Source: Deltaproteobacteria bacterium (GTDB taxonomy: Bacteria > Myxococcota > Kuafuiibacteriia > Kuafuiibacteriales > Kuafuiibacteriaceae). From it: a stretch of DNA of 64,000 nucleotides. This document shows positions 1 through 9,415 of this stretch, piece by piece. Under the pieces are notes generated by a model that saw only the letters and a program-made list of their open reading frames with translations, made no database searches and was not told the origin of the DNA. Position 1 is the first letter of the stretch. Every line of letters starts with the position of its first letter. The position numbers and the translations under genes were made by a program. The stretch is taken from the NCBI GenBank assembly GCA_040218735.1, contig JAVJQW010000019.1, positions 288,001 through 352,000 on the forward strand, given 5' to 3'.

Positions 1-786
1 GGCGAGCACCTCGGTCGCGCGAACGGGGCGACGCGACGGGTCCGCGCTCCCGAGCCGCTGCAGGAGCGCGCGGAAGTTGTCGGGGAGCCGATCGAACCCC
101 GGCGCGAGGGCGATGAGTGTGTGTCCGAGTCGCCAGAGGTCACCGAGCTTCGTGGGGGCGGCGGCCGGGATCTCTTCGGGGGCGAGGCGGGCGCAGGGCA
201 TCTCGGTCGCGAGGTGGTGCGGCGCGATGGAGACTGGGACGCCGACGATCTCGGCCCCGTCGGCGTGGACGATGACGGTGTGCTCGGAGAGCAGCGGCTC
301 GAAGCCGCCGAGGATGTGGCGCGTTGCGAGCCGCGTGCAAAGGGCGACCGCGATCCGCAGCAGGTGCGTCGTGTCCTCGACGTACATGCCGGGCGCGCTC
401 AGCCGGTCGACGTCGGTGCGCCACGGCATCGCCCAGAACAGGACGCGCGACCCGTCTTCGCGGTCGGCGCCGCCGTGCGCGAGGATCGGGATCTCGTTGT
501 CGACGAACAGCGCGGCGGTGGCCTTCGCGACGCGCGCCTCCTCGCGCGGATCGATCGCGTCCGCGAGGTGCGCGAGCTGCAGCAGCACCGCCTCCCCGTT
601 GGGCCCGCGCGCCTCCACGAGCCAGGCGCCCGGCGCGCGGACGACGCCGCGCAGCACGTCGTAGGGTCCGACGCGGAACAGCGCCTGGACGCCGTTGTCG
701 ATGATGCGGACGGGGTTGCGGTGACCGAGCAGCTCGCTGCGGTCGATGAGGCGCGTGATGATGCGCGATTCACTTCGGCCCGTCAT
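1..786 (-). CDS. Ser/Thr kinase-like protein, probably a pseudokinase; 3' end runs off the window
   Basis: Not in the ORF track; translated by hand from ATG 786 (GTG 789): MTGRSESRIITRLID...RLAPEEIPAAAPTKLGDLWRLGHTLIAL...DPSRRPVRATEVLA. This shows kinase subdomain VIII (APE), IX (DLWxLG) and XI (DPxxRP) motifs but no HRD, DFG or VAIK. Confidence 0.65.
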   Translation of the reverse strand, partial: MTGRSESRIITRLIDRSELLGHRNPVRIIDNGVQALFRVGPYDVLRGVVRAPGAWLVEARGPNGEAVLLQLAHLADAIDPREEARVAKATAALFVDNEIPILAHGGADREDGSRVLFWAMPWRTDVDRLSAPGMYVEDTTHLLRIAVALCTRLATRHILGGFEPLLSEHTVIVHADGAEIVGVPVSIAPHHLATEMPCARLAPEEIPAAAPTKLGDLWRLGHTLIALAPGFDRLPDNFRALLQRLGSADPSRRPVRATEVLA

Positions 787-884
787 CACCTGCCGTAGGA
801 CGCTCGCCGCGCCGGGATCGTCCCCCGGCTCGGACGATCGCCCGACCCCCATCTTATCGTACCAGGACGCTGACGAAGTCAGCC

Positions 885-1058
885 GTCCCCCTTGAACTTG
901 AACTTGCCCTTTCCCTTGCCCTCGATGGGAGAGGGTTCCTGGCGACTCGACATGATCCAGGGCTATCGCGCGTCCTTGCCCTGGTTCACGGCGGTCCGGC
1001 AGGAATCGCCGACGTGCTCGAGGGCAAGGAGAAGGGCAAGTTCAAGTTCAAGGGGCAC
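885..1058. repeat. ~170-bp long inverted-repeat (hairpin) element, MITE/REP-like
   Basis: 888-925 CCCCTTGAACTTGAACTTGCCCTTTCCCTTGCCCTCGA is the reverse complement of 1018-1055 with 2 mismatches. The interior also pairs (TTCCTG/CAGGAA; CCAGGGC/GCCCTGG). Confidence 0.85.
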
Positions 1059-1069
1059 GTGTGACTGCG

Positions 1070-1807
1070 TCACCGTGCGCGCAACAAATAGGTCCTCGCC
1101 CGCCGCGCCGCGGCCTCCGACCACGCGCGGAACCTCACCACCAGGCGGGTCGGATCCGTCGGGTCGATCGTCACCGTCACGGCGCGGGACCCGTCGCGGT
1201 AGGGGCAGAGCTGGGCGCTCCGCTCGGCCTGGGCGACGTCCTCCGGCTTGGCCGGGTGCTCCAGGTGGAGCGTGTACTCCACCGGGTAGGCGCGCTCGGG
1301 GGACGAGACCTTGAAGGTCTGGCCGTCGAGGGTCGCGACCGGGACGTGGACGCGTTCGCCGTCGTCGGTGCGGAGGATGAGCTGGAAGAGGCCGATGCGC
1401 TCGACGATCCCGACGCACGTGTCCAGCTCGAGCCGGGCGCCGATGCCCAGGCGGCTCGTCAGCACCTGCGCCAGGCCCACGCCCCACGCGCGCGCGCGGA
1501 GGCCGAAGGTGAACACCATCGAGGCGCCGCCGAGGACGAGCACGAACGTCACGAGGAGCGGCGCGCCTCGGTAGAAGTAACGGACGATCAGCGACACCGC
1601 GCCGCCCAGCGCGAAGAGGTTCACGGCGGGGAGCAGCAGCGGGTTGTTGGTCAGCGCCCGCGTGCGGACCTGGAGCGCCTTCTTCAGCATCGCGGCGACG
1701 AACCAGACGCCGGCGAGCAGGACGAGCAGGACGAGGCCGTCGACCCCGAACAGGATGCGCAGGAGGCTCTCGGCCTCGGCGTCGATGCGCGACAGCAGCA
1801 GGTCCAT
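1070..1807 (-). CDS. MscS-family mechanosensitive channel-like protein (245 aa)
   Basis: About 3-4 TM helices followed by an MscS beta-domain-like segment (GARLELDTCVGIVERIGLFQLILRTDDGERVHVP). The ATG overlaps the upstream stop at 1807. Confidence 0.7.
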   Translation of the reverse strand: MDLLLSRIDAEAESLLRILFGVDGLVLLVLLAGVWFVAAMLKKALQVRTRALTNNPLLLPAVNLFALGGAVSLIVRYFYRGAPLLVTFVLVLGGASMVFTFGLRARAWGVGLAQVLTSRLGIGARLELDTCVGIVERIGLFQLILRTDDGERVHVPVATLDGQTFKVSSPERAYPVEYTLHLEHPAKPEDVAQAERSAQLCPYRDGSRAVTVTIDPTDPTRLVVRFRAWSEAAARRARTYLLRAR

Positions 1808-4800
1808 CAGCTCACCACGCCCTGACGCTCGAGCACCGTCGAGACCTGCTTGGACATGTGCGCGGGGATCGCGACCCGCCCGCCGCGGCGCATGCGCAAC
1901 ACGAGCCCGGCGTCTTCGAGGGGCAGGAGCGCACCGCCGGCTTCGTCGGGCGGGACGCCGAGCACCTCGGCGACCTCCACCTGCGACAGCGGACCGAAGC
2001 GCACGAGCAGGCCGAGCACCGCGAGCGCGTCCACGGGGATCTGCTCGCCGAACGGGATCGACGTCTGCGACGGCGGCTCGAGCAGCAGCGTGGTGTCGCC
2101 GTTCACCTTGATGCTCCGGACGTGCGCGAGGAGCGCCGCGCGGAGGTTGCCGCCCGAGACGCGGGTGACGGCGCGGTAGTAGTCGTCGGCGGCCTTCTGC
2201 GGGCGCCAGGCACGACCGAGGAAGCGTCGCTGCTCGTGCTCGGCGGTGAAGCCGGAGAGGCTCGTCCGGGCTTCGAGGACCTCGCGGACCTCCTGCACGG
2301 ACAGCGGTGCGAGTGTGAAGCGACGACCGAACGCGGCGGACAGCGGCGCCATCTCCTCGAGCAGCGCGAGCGCGGACGTGGACGTCGACGCGACCCAGTG
2401 TGTGAACGCGCTGGTCGACATGACCGTCTGCAAGAACCTCGAGAGGTCGTCGAGGCCCGCGGCGGTCGGGAGGACGTAGTGCTCGATGTCGTCGATCAGA
2501 ATGATCGTCGTCTTGCGACGGAGCGCGACGGAGATGGATCGCGGATCGGGGTTGGTGCGCAGCTCGCGGGCGATGGCGCGGACGAGGCCGCCGCGCCGCG
2601 AGTGGAAGCGCGGGTCGATGCGGAGCACGCGGTGTCGCGCGAGGCGGAGCTCGAGCGCGTTGACGACCGAGGTGCGGCCGCTGCCGTGGTCACCGATGAC
2701 GAGCACGTTGGCGAACTGCTCGGTGCGCCCGGGTTGGATCGACTTGATGAGCTGCTCGAGCTGCGGCTTGTAGGCGACCGCGAGGCGGAGGTCTTCGATC
2801 GGCTCGAGGCTGAAGACCTTCTGGTGGATCGGCGGCAGCGACAGCGCCGCGGGGTCCGGGACGAAGCGGTCCAGGTACTGCCGCATCTGGCTCGCGTCGA
2901 GGCGGCGCTGGCCCGAGCGGATCAGCCAGTCGCGCACCTGTCGCCCGCGGACGATCGCGATCGCGGCGTTGGCGACGCGGCGGCGGGCGCGCTGGAGCGA
3001 GCGACGCACGCGGTCGACGGCGTCGGCGACGGTGCGGCGCGTCGGCTGCCGGCCGCGGGGGCGCGGCGGGGTCCCGTCGCTGGTGACGAGGGCTTCGAGG
3101 TCGTGGCAGGTCTCCTCGGCGAGGGTGTCGAGCTCCTTCGACGCGACCTCCTGCGCCTCGGTGAGCTCGCGGACGTACTGGTCGAGGCGGTCGCGGCTGC
3201 GGGTGGTGGACTCTTTGACGATCGCGCGCCACGTGACGTCGTCGGTGGTCTTGCCGGCGTCGTTGCCCGCGTTGTCGAGGCCGAAGCTCGCGGCGCCCAT
3301 CGCTTCGTCGAGGCGGGTCTCGCCCTGCACGACGATGTCCGAGACGTCGCGTACGACGTCGAGCATCTGCGGCGCGAAGGACTCGATGAGGAGGCCCTCG
3401 ATGCGGTTCGCCACGGAGGACTTGCGGATCTCGATCTTCCGCACGTCCGGGATCGTGTCGGGTTCGATCAGCTCCAGCGACTTCGGCGCGAGCTCCACGA
3501 GCTCCGAGAGCTCGGCGAGCAGGTCGGACGCCTGCGTCGCGTGGCGGTACTTGTCGCGAAGCCCGGTGAAGCGGTTGCGCTCGCGTTTGGGGTACAGCTC
3601 CTCCGCGGCCGCTTCGATCTCCGCGCGCGGCGCGGGTTCGTCGCCCTCCAACGATTCGAGGAGGACCTCGAGGCGGCTCTTGAGCGTGGCGGCGATCGGG
3701 AGGAGGTCCGTCTCGACCACGTCGAGCGGGACACGCACGCGCTTCTTCACGATCGCGACGAACGCGTCGCGCACGCGCTCGACGGCGGCGGCGGCGCGCA
3801 GGGTGTCGTAGGCGGCGTCGACGACTTCACGCCAGCGCGCGGCGTCGCCCTCCAGGCGTTCGAGCGCGGCGCGTCCGATCGGTTCGACCGCGGAGAGGCG
3901 CAGCGCGGACGCCGGAACGCCGGGGCTGCCGACGAGTCCGTAGGCGTCGATCGTCGCGTGCATCCCGCGGTCCACGGCGTCGATGAGATCGCGCCGAACG
4001 TCGTCGAGGAACGCGGCGGTGATCAGGTCGATCGCCTGCCGGCACTCGTCCGCGGTGATCGCGCCGATCACGTGCTGGCGCGCTTGCCACACCAGCTTCA
4101 GCTGCGTCGCGAACCACTTCTCGCGTGCGTCGAGGAGCGCTTCGCACAGCCGCGCTTCGATCGCGATGCGTGCGATCATGCGCGTGGGGACGGTGCGCGT
4201 TCGGCCGGCGAGCGCGGGGAAGTTGCGGCGCCACCAGCGGGCGACGCGCGTTCGTCGTCGATCCTGTGGTCGGCGGATCAGGAGCGCCGCCGACATGGGG
4301 ACGGTGACGGCGGTGTCGACGGCACCGAGCGCCGTCTGCAGATCTTCGACGACCGCGAGCAGCTCCTTCTCGAGACCTTCGGCGACGTCGTCCAGGTCCT
4401 GCTCGAGCGCCTCCGCGACGTGCACGGGCGCGCCGGACTTGGACGCGCCCGGTTCGACGAACAGGCGGATGCTTGCCTTGCGGCCCCGGTCGGCGAGGGG
4501 CTGCAGCTGCTCTTCGATCAGCGCTTCGAAGCGGCCGCGGAGGGTGTCGTCGAGCCGATGAACGATCTCCACCAGCTCCGGTGCGTCGAGGCGTGACGGG
4601 TCGGGGCGGTCCGTCGGAACGGGCGCGGGGGCGTCGGACTCGGGCGCGGCCTCCGGCGCCTCTTCCTCCTCGCGGGACCCCACCTCGCCGGCGCGTTTGA
4701 ACGCCAACCCCATGAGCACGGGGCCGATGACCAAGTTGATCGCGACGAGCGCGAGCCCCGTGCGGTGCAAGGGATCTTGCAACACCGGGAGCGCCTTCTC

Positions 4801-5958
4801 CGCGAGTAACACGAGGCCGAGCGTCACGCCGGCTTGGGGTGTGAACGCCATCCACGCGTTCACACCGACCGCGCGATCCTCGTTCCCGATCCGCGCGCCG
4901 AGGAAGCCGGCGATCACAAACGCGAGGATGCGCGCGACGGTCAGCGCGAGCGCGAGCGGGAGGATCTTGTAGGTCCCGAAGAGGTCGACGCCGGCGCCCG
5001 CCGTCGTGAAGAACACGACGAACACCGGCAGCGACACCTTCACCAACGGCTCGAGCAGCTCGTGCTCGAACTTGGAGAAGTTACGGACCACGAAGCCAGC
5101 GGTGATGAACACCAACAGCAGCTCGGCGTGGAGGTAAGCGATCGCCTCCGCCGACAGCAGCACGCAGACGACGATCGCGAGCAGCATGTCGCGGTGTACG
5201 AAGCGCAGGTACAGGATCAGGATGACGCCGAGCGCTCCGCCGAAGACGAGGGAGACGCCGATCTCGCGCGCGAGGAGCAGGAACGACGCCGCGCTCATCG
5301 TCGCGCCGGGTTCCACGAGCGTGCGAACGATCGCGATGCTCACCGCGAGCGCGAGCACGACGACGAGGTCCTTCACCACGGAGATCGCGAGCGTGATGTC
5401 CGAGAGGCGCCCCTTCGCGCCGGACTCGTTGATCACCGCGAGCGCGATGGCGGGGGAGGTGCCGATGCCGAGCACCGCGACGATCACCGCGAGCCCGATG
5501 ACCATGTTGCCGTCCTCGACGCCGAGGAACGGGAAGAAGGTCTCGACGCCGTAGAACGTCCCGCCGACCAGCAACAGCAGCAGCGGGATCTTGAGCGCGA
5601 CCATCGCGGACAACGTGCGCCCGACCTTCTTGATCGCTTTGATGTCCAGCTCGAGGCCGGCGGTGGTGGCGATCAGCCCGAGCGCGAGGGTGTTGAACAC
5701 GCGCATGTCGCCGACGATCGTCGTGGTGAGGATCTGCGAGACCTGCGGCCCGAGCAGGATGCCGCTGGCGATGTAACCGGTGATCCGCGGCAGCTTGATC
5801 GCCGTCATCATCTCGCCGACGGTGAACGCCGCGAGCACGACGAACCCGATCGCCGCGAGTGTCATCGGGTCGGCCGCACCGCCGCCCGTCTCGGCGCGCA
5901 GCGCGGACAGCGCGGTCATCAGACCGAGCAGGCCGGCGAGGACGAGGATGCGGCGCAC
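1807..5958 (-). CDS. Cation:proton antiporter (CPA) fused to a long helical region and a C-terminal AAA/STAND-like P-loop NTPase with winged helix (1383 aa)
   Basis: The N-terminal ~425 aa has 12-13 TM helices with CPA motifs (LPRITGYIASGILLGP, GTSPAIALAVINE, PQAGVTLGL). The C-terminus has Walker A GDHGSGRT, Walker B IILIDDIE, SGGNLR and an HTH-like LSQVEVAEVLG...LEDAGLV. Confidence 0.8.
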   Translation of the reverse strand: MRRILVLAGLLGLMTALSALRAETGGGAADPMTLAAIGFVVLAAFTVGEMMTAIKLPRITGYIASGILLGPQVSQILTTTIVGDMRVFNTLALGLIATTAGLELDIKAIKKVGRTLSAMVALKIPLLLLLVGGTFYGVETFFPFLGVEDGNMVIGLAVIVAVLGIGTSPAIALAVINESGAKGRLSDITLAISVVKDLVVVLALAVSIAIVRTLVEPGATMSAASFLLLAREIGVSLVFGGALGVILILYLRFVHRDMLLAIVVCVLLSAEAIAYLHAELLLVFITAGFVVRNFSKFEHELLEPLVKVSLPVFVVFFTTAGAGVDLFGTYKILPLALALTVARILAFVIAGFLGARIGNEDRAVGVNAWMAFTPQAGVTLGLVLLAEKALPVLQDPLHRTGLALVAINLVIGPVLMGLAFKRAGEVGSREEEEAPEAAPESDAPAPVPTDRPDPSRLDAPELVEIVHRLDDTLRGRFEALIEEQLQPLADRGRKASIRLFVEPGASKSGAPVHVAEALEQDLDDVAEGLEKELLAVVEDLQTALGAVDTAVTVPMSAALLIRRPQDRRRTRVARWWRRNFPALAGRTRTVPTRMIARIAIEARLCEALLDAREKWFATQLKLVWQARQHVIGAITADECRQAIDLITAAFLDDVRRDLIDAVDRGMHATIDAYGLVGSPGVPASALRLSAVEPIGRAALERLEGDAARWREVVDAAYDTLRAAAAVERVRDAFVAIVKKRVRVPLDVVETDLLPIAATLKSRLEVLLESLEGDEPAPRAEIEAAAEELYPKRERNRFTGLRDKYRHATQASDLLAELSELVELAPKSLELIEPDTIPDVRKIEIRKSSVANRIEGLLIESFAPQMLDVVRDVSDIVVQGETRLDEAMGAASFGLDNAGNDAGKTTDDVTWRAIVKESTTRSRDRLDQYVRELTEAQEVASKELDTLAEETCHDLEALVTSDGTPPRPRGRQPTRRTVADAVDRVRRSLQRARRRVANAAIAIVRGRQVRDWLIRSGQRRLDASQMRQYLDRFVPDPAALSLPPIHQKVFSLEPIEDLRLAVAYKPQLEQLIKSIQPGRTEQFANVLVIGDHGSGRTSVVNALELRLARHRVLRIDPRFHSRRGGLVRAIARELRTNPDPRSISVALRRKTTIILIDDIEHYVLPTAAGLDDLSRFLQTVMSTSAFTHWVASTSTSALALLEEMAPLSAAFGRRFTLAPLSVQEVREVLEARTSLSGFTAEHEQRRFLGRAWRPQKAADDYYRAVTRVSGGNLRAALLAHVRSIKVNGDTTLLLEPPSQTSIPFGEQIPVDALAVLGLLVRFGPLSQVEVAEVLGVPPDEAGGALLPLEDAGLVLRMRRGGRVAIPAHMSKQVSTVLERQGVVS

Positions 5959-7191
5959 CTAGGAGACCTCCACCGGCAACGTCGGTCCCTCGGACTCGGG
6001 CGGGAGGCGATCGTGCTCGCCGGCGTCGACGAGGAACCGGCCGAGCGCCGCGCCGCTGGAGAGGTCCTGCACGACGAGCGCGGCGAGCACGGTGGTGAGG
6101 ACGATCGACGACTGCGCCGGGTACACCTGCGCGTAGCTCACCGCGATGGCGGCGCTGATTCCGCCCTGCGCCCACAGCGCGCTGCCGGCGCGGTGTACGC
6201 GGGGGAGGTCGTCGAAGAGATCGACCGCGATGTTCGCCGCGACGCGGAGGGTGAGGAGGCGAACCGCGACGTAGACGAGCGGCGCGAGCCACCACACGCC
6301 GAACACCGGGGACCACATCGCGCCGGCGAAGATCAGGACGGTCGTCACGGCGGGGCGTTCGAGCCGGGCGAGCTTCACGTGGAGCAGGCCGGAGTCCTTC
6401 GCGATCAGCGACACGACCACGCCGACGATCGCGTTGAGGAGCAACGGCGACATCCCGGCGGCCGAGGCCATGCCGCTCGCGAAGATGACGATGCCGACGG
6501 TCGCGAGGAAGAGGCGGTCGTCGCCCTCCTCGCGGTCCTTGCCCATGAACAGCGCGAACAGGACGCCGCAGGAGACGCCGAGGAGGATCAGCGCGACGAG
6601 CCATTCGGTCTGGGTGAGCGTGAAGCGGTTCGACGCTTGTGCGGATCTCGACAACGCGAGCGCGGTCCCGGAGATCGCGACGCCGAACACGGAGCCGGTC
6701 AGCGCGAAGCCGCGCAGCATGTCGGTCGCGTCGCCGCGCGCGCGGTGGAGGCGTACGCCGGACTCGACGGCCGCGGTGGAGATCGTCGCGGCCGCGCTGC
6801 CGATGGTGACGACGGGCCACAGGATCGGCTCCAGCGGCGAGGGATCGATCGGGAGGTAGAGCAGGCCGAAGTACAGGACCGCGCCGACGGTGCCGCCGAC
6901 GCCGAGCGCGATGACGAAGCCGCCGCCGAGGGCGGGGAGCGCGAGGAGCCGGCGTCGCAGCGCGAGACCGAGTGAGAAGCCGACGACGCCGAGGGTGAGC
7001 GAGACGAACGGTCGGATCGTGTCCATCACGTCCGTGTCGAGGAGGCGCAGGCCGAAGGGCCCCAGGAGCACGCCAATCACGACGTACCCCACCTCCGAGA
7101 CCCCGACTCGGGCCTTCGCGTAGCGGTTGAGCAACGCGCTCGCGAGGACCGCGAACACGACGACCAAGACGAGCGTGACGACGATCGGCAA
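5959..7191 (-). CDS. Cation:proton antiporter-like membrane protein (~410 aa)
   Basis: Probable TTG start at 7191 (LPIVVTLVLVVV...). It contains GYVVIGVLLGPFGL and about 12 TM helices, and its stop abuts the next gene's start. Confidence 0.75.
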   Translation of the reverse strand: MPIVVTLVLVVVFAVLASALLNRYAKARVGVSEVGYVVIGVLLGPFGLRLLDTDVMDTIRPFVSLTLGVVGFSLGLALRRRLLALPALGGGFVIALGVGGTVGAVLYFGLLYLPIDPSPLEPILWPVVTIGSAAATISTAAVESGVRLHRARGDATDMLRGFALTGSVFGVAISGTALALSRSAQASNRFTLTQTEWLVALILLGVSCGVLFALFMGKDREEGDDRLFLATVGIVIFASGMASAAGMSPLLLNAIVGVVVSLIAKDSGLLHVKLARLERPAVTTVLIFAGAMWSPVFGVWWLAPLVYVAVRLLTLRVAANIAVDLFDDLPRVHRAGSALWAQGGISAAIAVSYAQVYPAQSSIVLTTVLAALVVQDLSSGAALGRFLVDAGEHDRLPPESEGPTLPVEVS

Positions 7192-7287
7192 CGCGCGTCG
7201 ATCAAGGCGGCTTGCGAGGGCCGAGTCAAACAATTGGCGGTGGGTCGCTGTGTCGCCGGATGGGGGGTAGACTCGTCGCCGGTCGCG

Positions 7288-8358
7288 ATGGCTTCGATCG
7301 TGGTGGTGGATGGCGGGTCGTCGTTCGGGGCGGAGCTCGTCGGACGTTTGTTCGGCGCGGGCCGAGACGTCCTCGTGGCGCCGACGATCGACGTCGCGCT
7401 CGAACGTATCGCGCGGTTTCCTCCCGAGGTCGTCTTCGTCTTCCACGATCCGCCGGTGCAAGACGGCGCGGAGATCGCGCGGTCCGCGCGCGCGGCGGAC
7501 GATCACGTGTTGGTGATCGTCGGCGGGCAGTGCGCGCCTTTGGACCCGATACCGGGCGTGCAGGCGATGTTCTCTCCGGCGCTGTCCGCCACGAACGTCG
7601 CGCGGGCGATCATGGTCGCGGCGGACGAGCGGATGCGGAGCGAAGAGGCCGAGACGCCGCCGATCTTGCCCGACGAGCTGGTCGACACCTCCGACGACAT
7701 CACGCCGGTCGGCCAGGACGCGGTGCAGGTGCTCCGCGCCGCACTCGAGTCGTCGCAGGCTGCGCAGCAAGCGCTCGCCGGTACGCAGACGCCGTCGTTG
7801 ATCGCGGACGACGTCCCCGACGTCACGGTGCGCCCCCGCGCGGTGTCGACCGCCGGTGCGCCGCGTTGGACGCCGGGGCAGTTCGATCAGATCGCGGAGT
7901 CCGATCTGTTCATGGCGCCGTCGGCGTCACCGCTCGACGCGTCGTTCTTCCGCGACGTGCCCGCGGCCGACGAGCTCCCGTCGGTGCAAGACGCGCTGTG
8001 CGGTGCGCTCGTCTCGGAGATCGACGGCGCCGTCGCAGCGGGGCTCGTCGATCTCGACGCCGCGGCGCTCGTCGGCCAGCACTACCCCGACGACCTGACG
8101 CGCCAGGTGCTCGAGTCGATCGCGCCGATGGTCGTGGCGATGTTCAACGGTGAGGCGCTCGCGCGTTTCGAGGACGTCGTGCACGAGGAGGGCGCCGTGC
8201 AGTCGATCGTCGTGTCGACCGCGGTGACGCACCATGTGTTGCGCGGGATCGGCGAGCGCTTCGTGGTGGTGCTCGTCGTCCCGACGATGTTGGAGCTCGA
8301 CCGGGTACGCGAACGCCTCGAAGCGCTGCTGCCCGGCCTCCACGCGAACCTCAGCTGA
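7288..8358 (+). CDS. Degenerate receiver-like domain, acidic linker and C-terminal Roadblock/LC7-like domain protein
   Basis: The N-terminus MASIVVVDGG...ALERIARFPPEVVFV resembles a REC fold without canonical phospho-acceptor residues. The C-terminus (EIDGAVAAGLVDLD...VQSIVVSTAVTHHVLRGIGERFVVVLVV) matches a Roadblock pattern. Confidence 0.6.
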   Translation: MASIVVVDGGSSFGAELVGRLFGAGRDVLVAPTIDVALERIARFPPEVVFVFHDPPVQDGAEIARSARAADDHVLVIVGGQCAPLDPIPGVQAMFSPALSATNVARAIMVAADERMRSEEAETPPILPDELVDTSDDITPVGQDAVQVLRAALESSQAAQQALAGTQTPSLIADDVPDVTVRPRAVSTAGAPRWTPGQFDQIAESDLFMAPSASPLDASFFRDVPAADELPSVQDALCGALVSEIDGAVAAGLVDLDAAALVGQHYPDDLTRQVLESIAPMVVAMFNGEALARFEDVVHEEGAVQSIVVSTAVTHHVLRGIGERFVVVLVVPTMLELDRVRERLEALLPGLHANLS

Positions 8359-9415
8359 CGGCGCGCACCGCTTCGAGCCACCCCGTGCCGAAGCGATCGT
8401 CCGGCTCGAGGTAGTGCCCCTCCGACCACTCGTTGAGCGAGGCGACGAACACCCACGGGCTGCCGTAGTCCGCCGCGCGGGTGAGCGCCGCGCGGAAGTG
8501 GTCGGGGTGCTCGCCGACCACGACCGGCGACCACGGGTACTTGTCGGGGCGTTTGTCTCCGAAGTCCGCGCCGCGCGGTGAGGCGTCCCAGCCCGGCGCG
8601 ACGGAGGGCATGTACGGGAGCGTCCCTTCGCGGGCGAAGTGGTCCCAGCGCTCGGCGCTGATCCTCGCGCGCTCGGCGTAGTCCTGCAGGAACGGCCCGC
8701 GCCAGTCCGGGAGGAGCACGTAGTGCGTCACGCTGTCGAAGCCGACCTCGCGGACGTGAGGGAGCACGTCGTAGGCGGGATCGATCGCGGCGAAGTGCGG
8801 ATCGCCGACGCCGTTCGATCGGCACCACCGCCGCGCGCGCTCGATCGCGCGACGCGCGTCATCGAGGCCGAGCTCGTGCAGGAAGAACGTCGAGTCGAAG
8901 ATCGAAAAGTAAGGGCGCCCGTCGATCCGCAGGTAGTTGTCGCGCGCGAAGTAACGCTCGCCGACGTAAGCGATCAGCGCTTCGAAGTCGTCGACGTCCG
9001 TCTCGACGAGGCGGTCGTGTGCGATGACCGGGAGGTCCGAACGGCGCACCGGCAACACCCGACGCGGCATGCGGTTCGCCCACATCAACGCAAACGGTGT
9101 GTCGCGCCCGAGGGGCGATCCGAGGAAGCCGAGGTCGAGCCCGTCCTGGAACACCCGCTTCCCGCGACACCAGAAGAAGCCGTACACAAACGCATCCACG
9201 CCGTGATCCCGCGCGAGCGTGACGCGCGCGGCGAGCGCCTCCGGGTCGCGGTCGTCGTAGGGACCGAGCGCCGGGACCTTCGGCTGCGCGTGCCCCTCGA
9301 AGCGCGGGCGGCAGTCCCTCACGAGGTCCCACTCCGTGAAGCCCGGGTAGAACGATGCGTCGCGCTCCGGGATCGGGTGCCAGCCCGGGTAGACGTACGC
9401 AGCGATCCGAACCAT
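8351..9415 (-). CDS. WbsX-like / glycoside hydrolase family 99-like protein
   Basis: Motifs AAYVYPGWH...GFTEW...PRFEGHAQPKVPALGPYD...ARDHGVDAF, MWAN and SLNEWSEGHYLEPD are typical of the WbsX/GH99-like family. Confidence 0.85.
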   Translation of the reverse strand: MVRIAAYVYPGWHPIPERDASFYPGFTEWDLVRDCRPRFEGHAQPKVPALGPYDDRDPEALAARVTLARDHGVDAFVYGFFWCRGKRVFQDGLDLGFLGSPLGRDTPFALMWANRMPRRVLPVRRSDLPVIAHDRLVETDVDDFEALIAYVGERYFARDNYLRIDGRPYFSIFDSTFFLHELGLDDARRAIERARRWCRSNGVGDPHFAAIDPAYDVLPHVREVGFDSVTHYVLLPDWRGPFLQDYAERARISAERWDHFAREGTLPYMPSVAPGWDASPRGADFGDKRPDKYPWSPVVVGEHPDHFRAALTRAADYGSPWVFVASLNEWSEGHYLEPDDRFGTGWLEAVRAVS

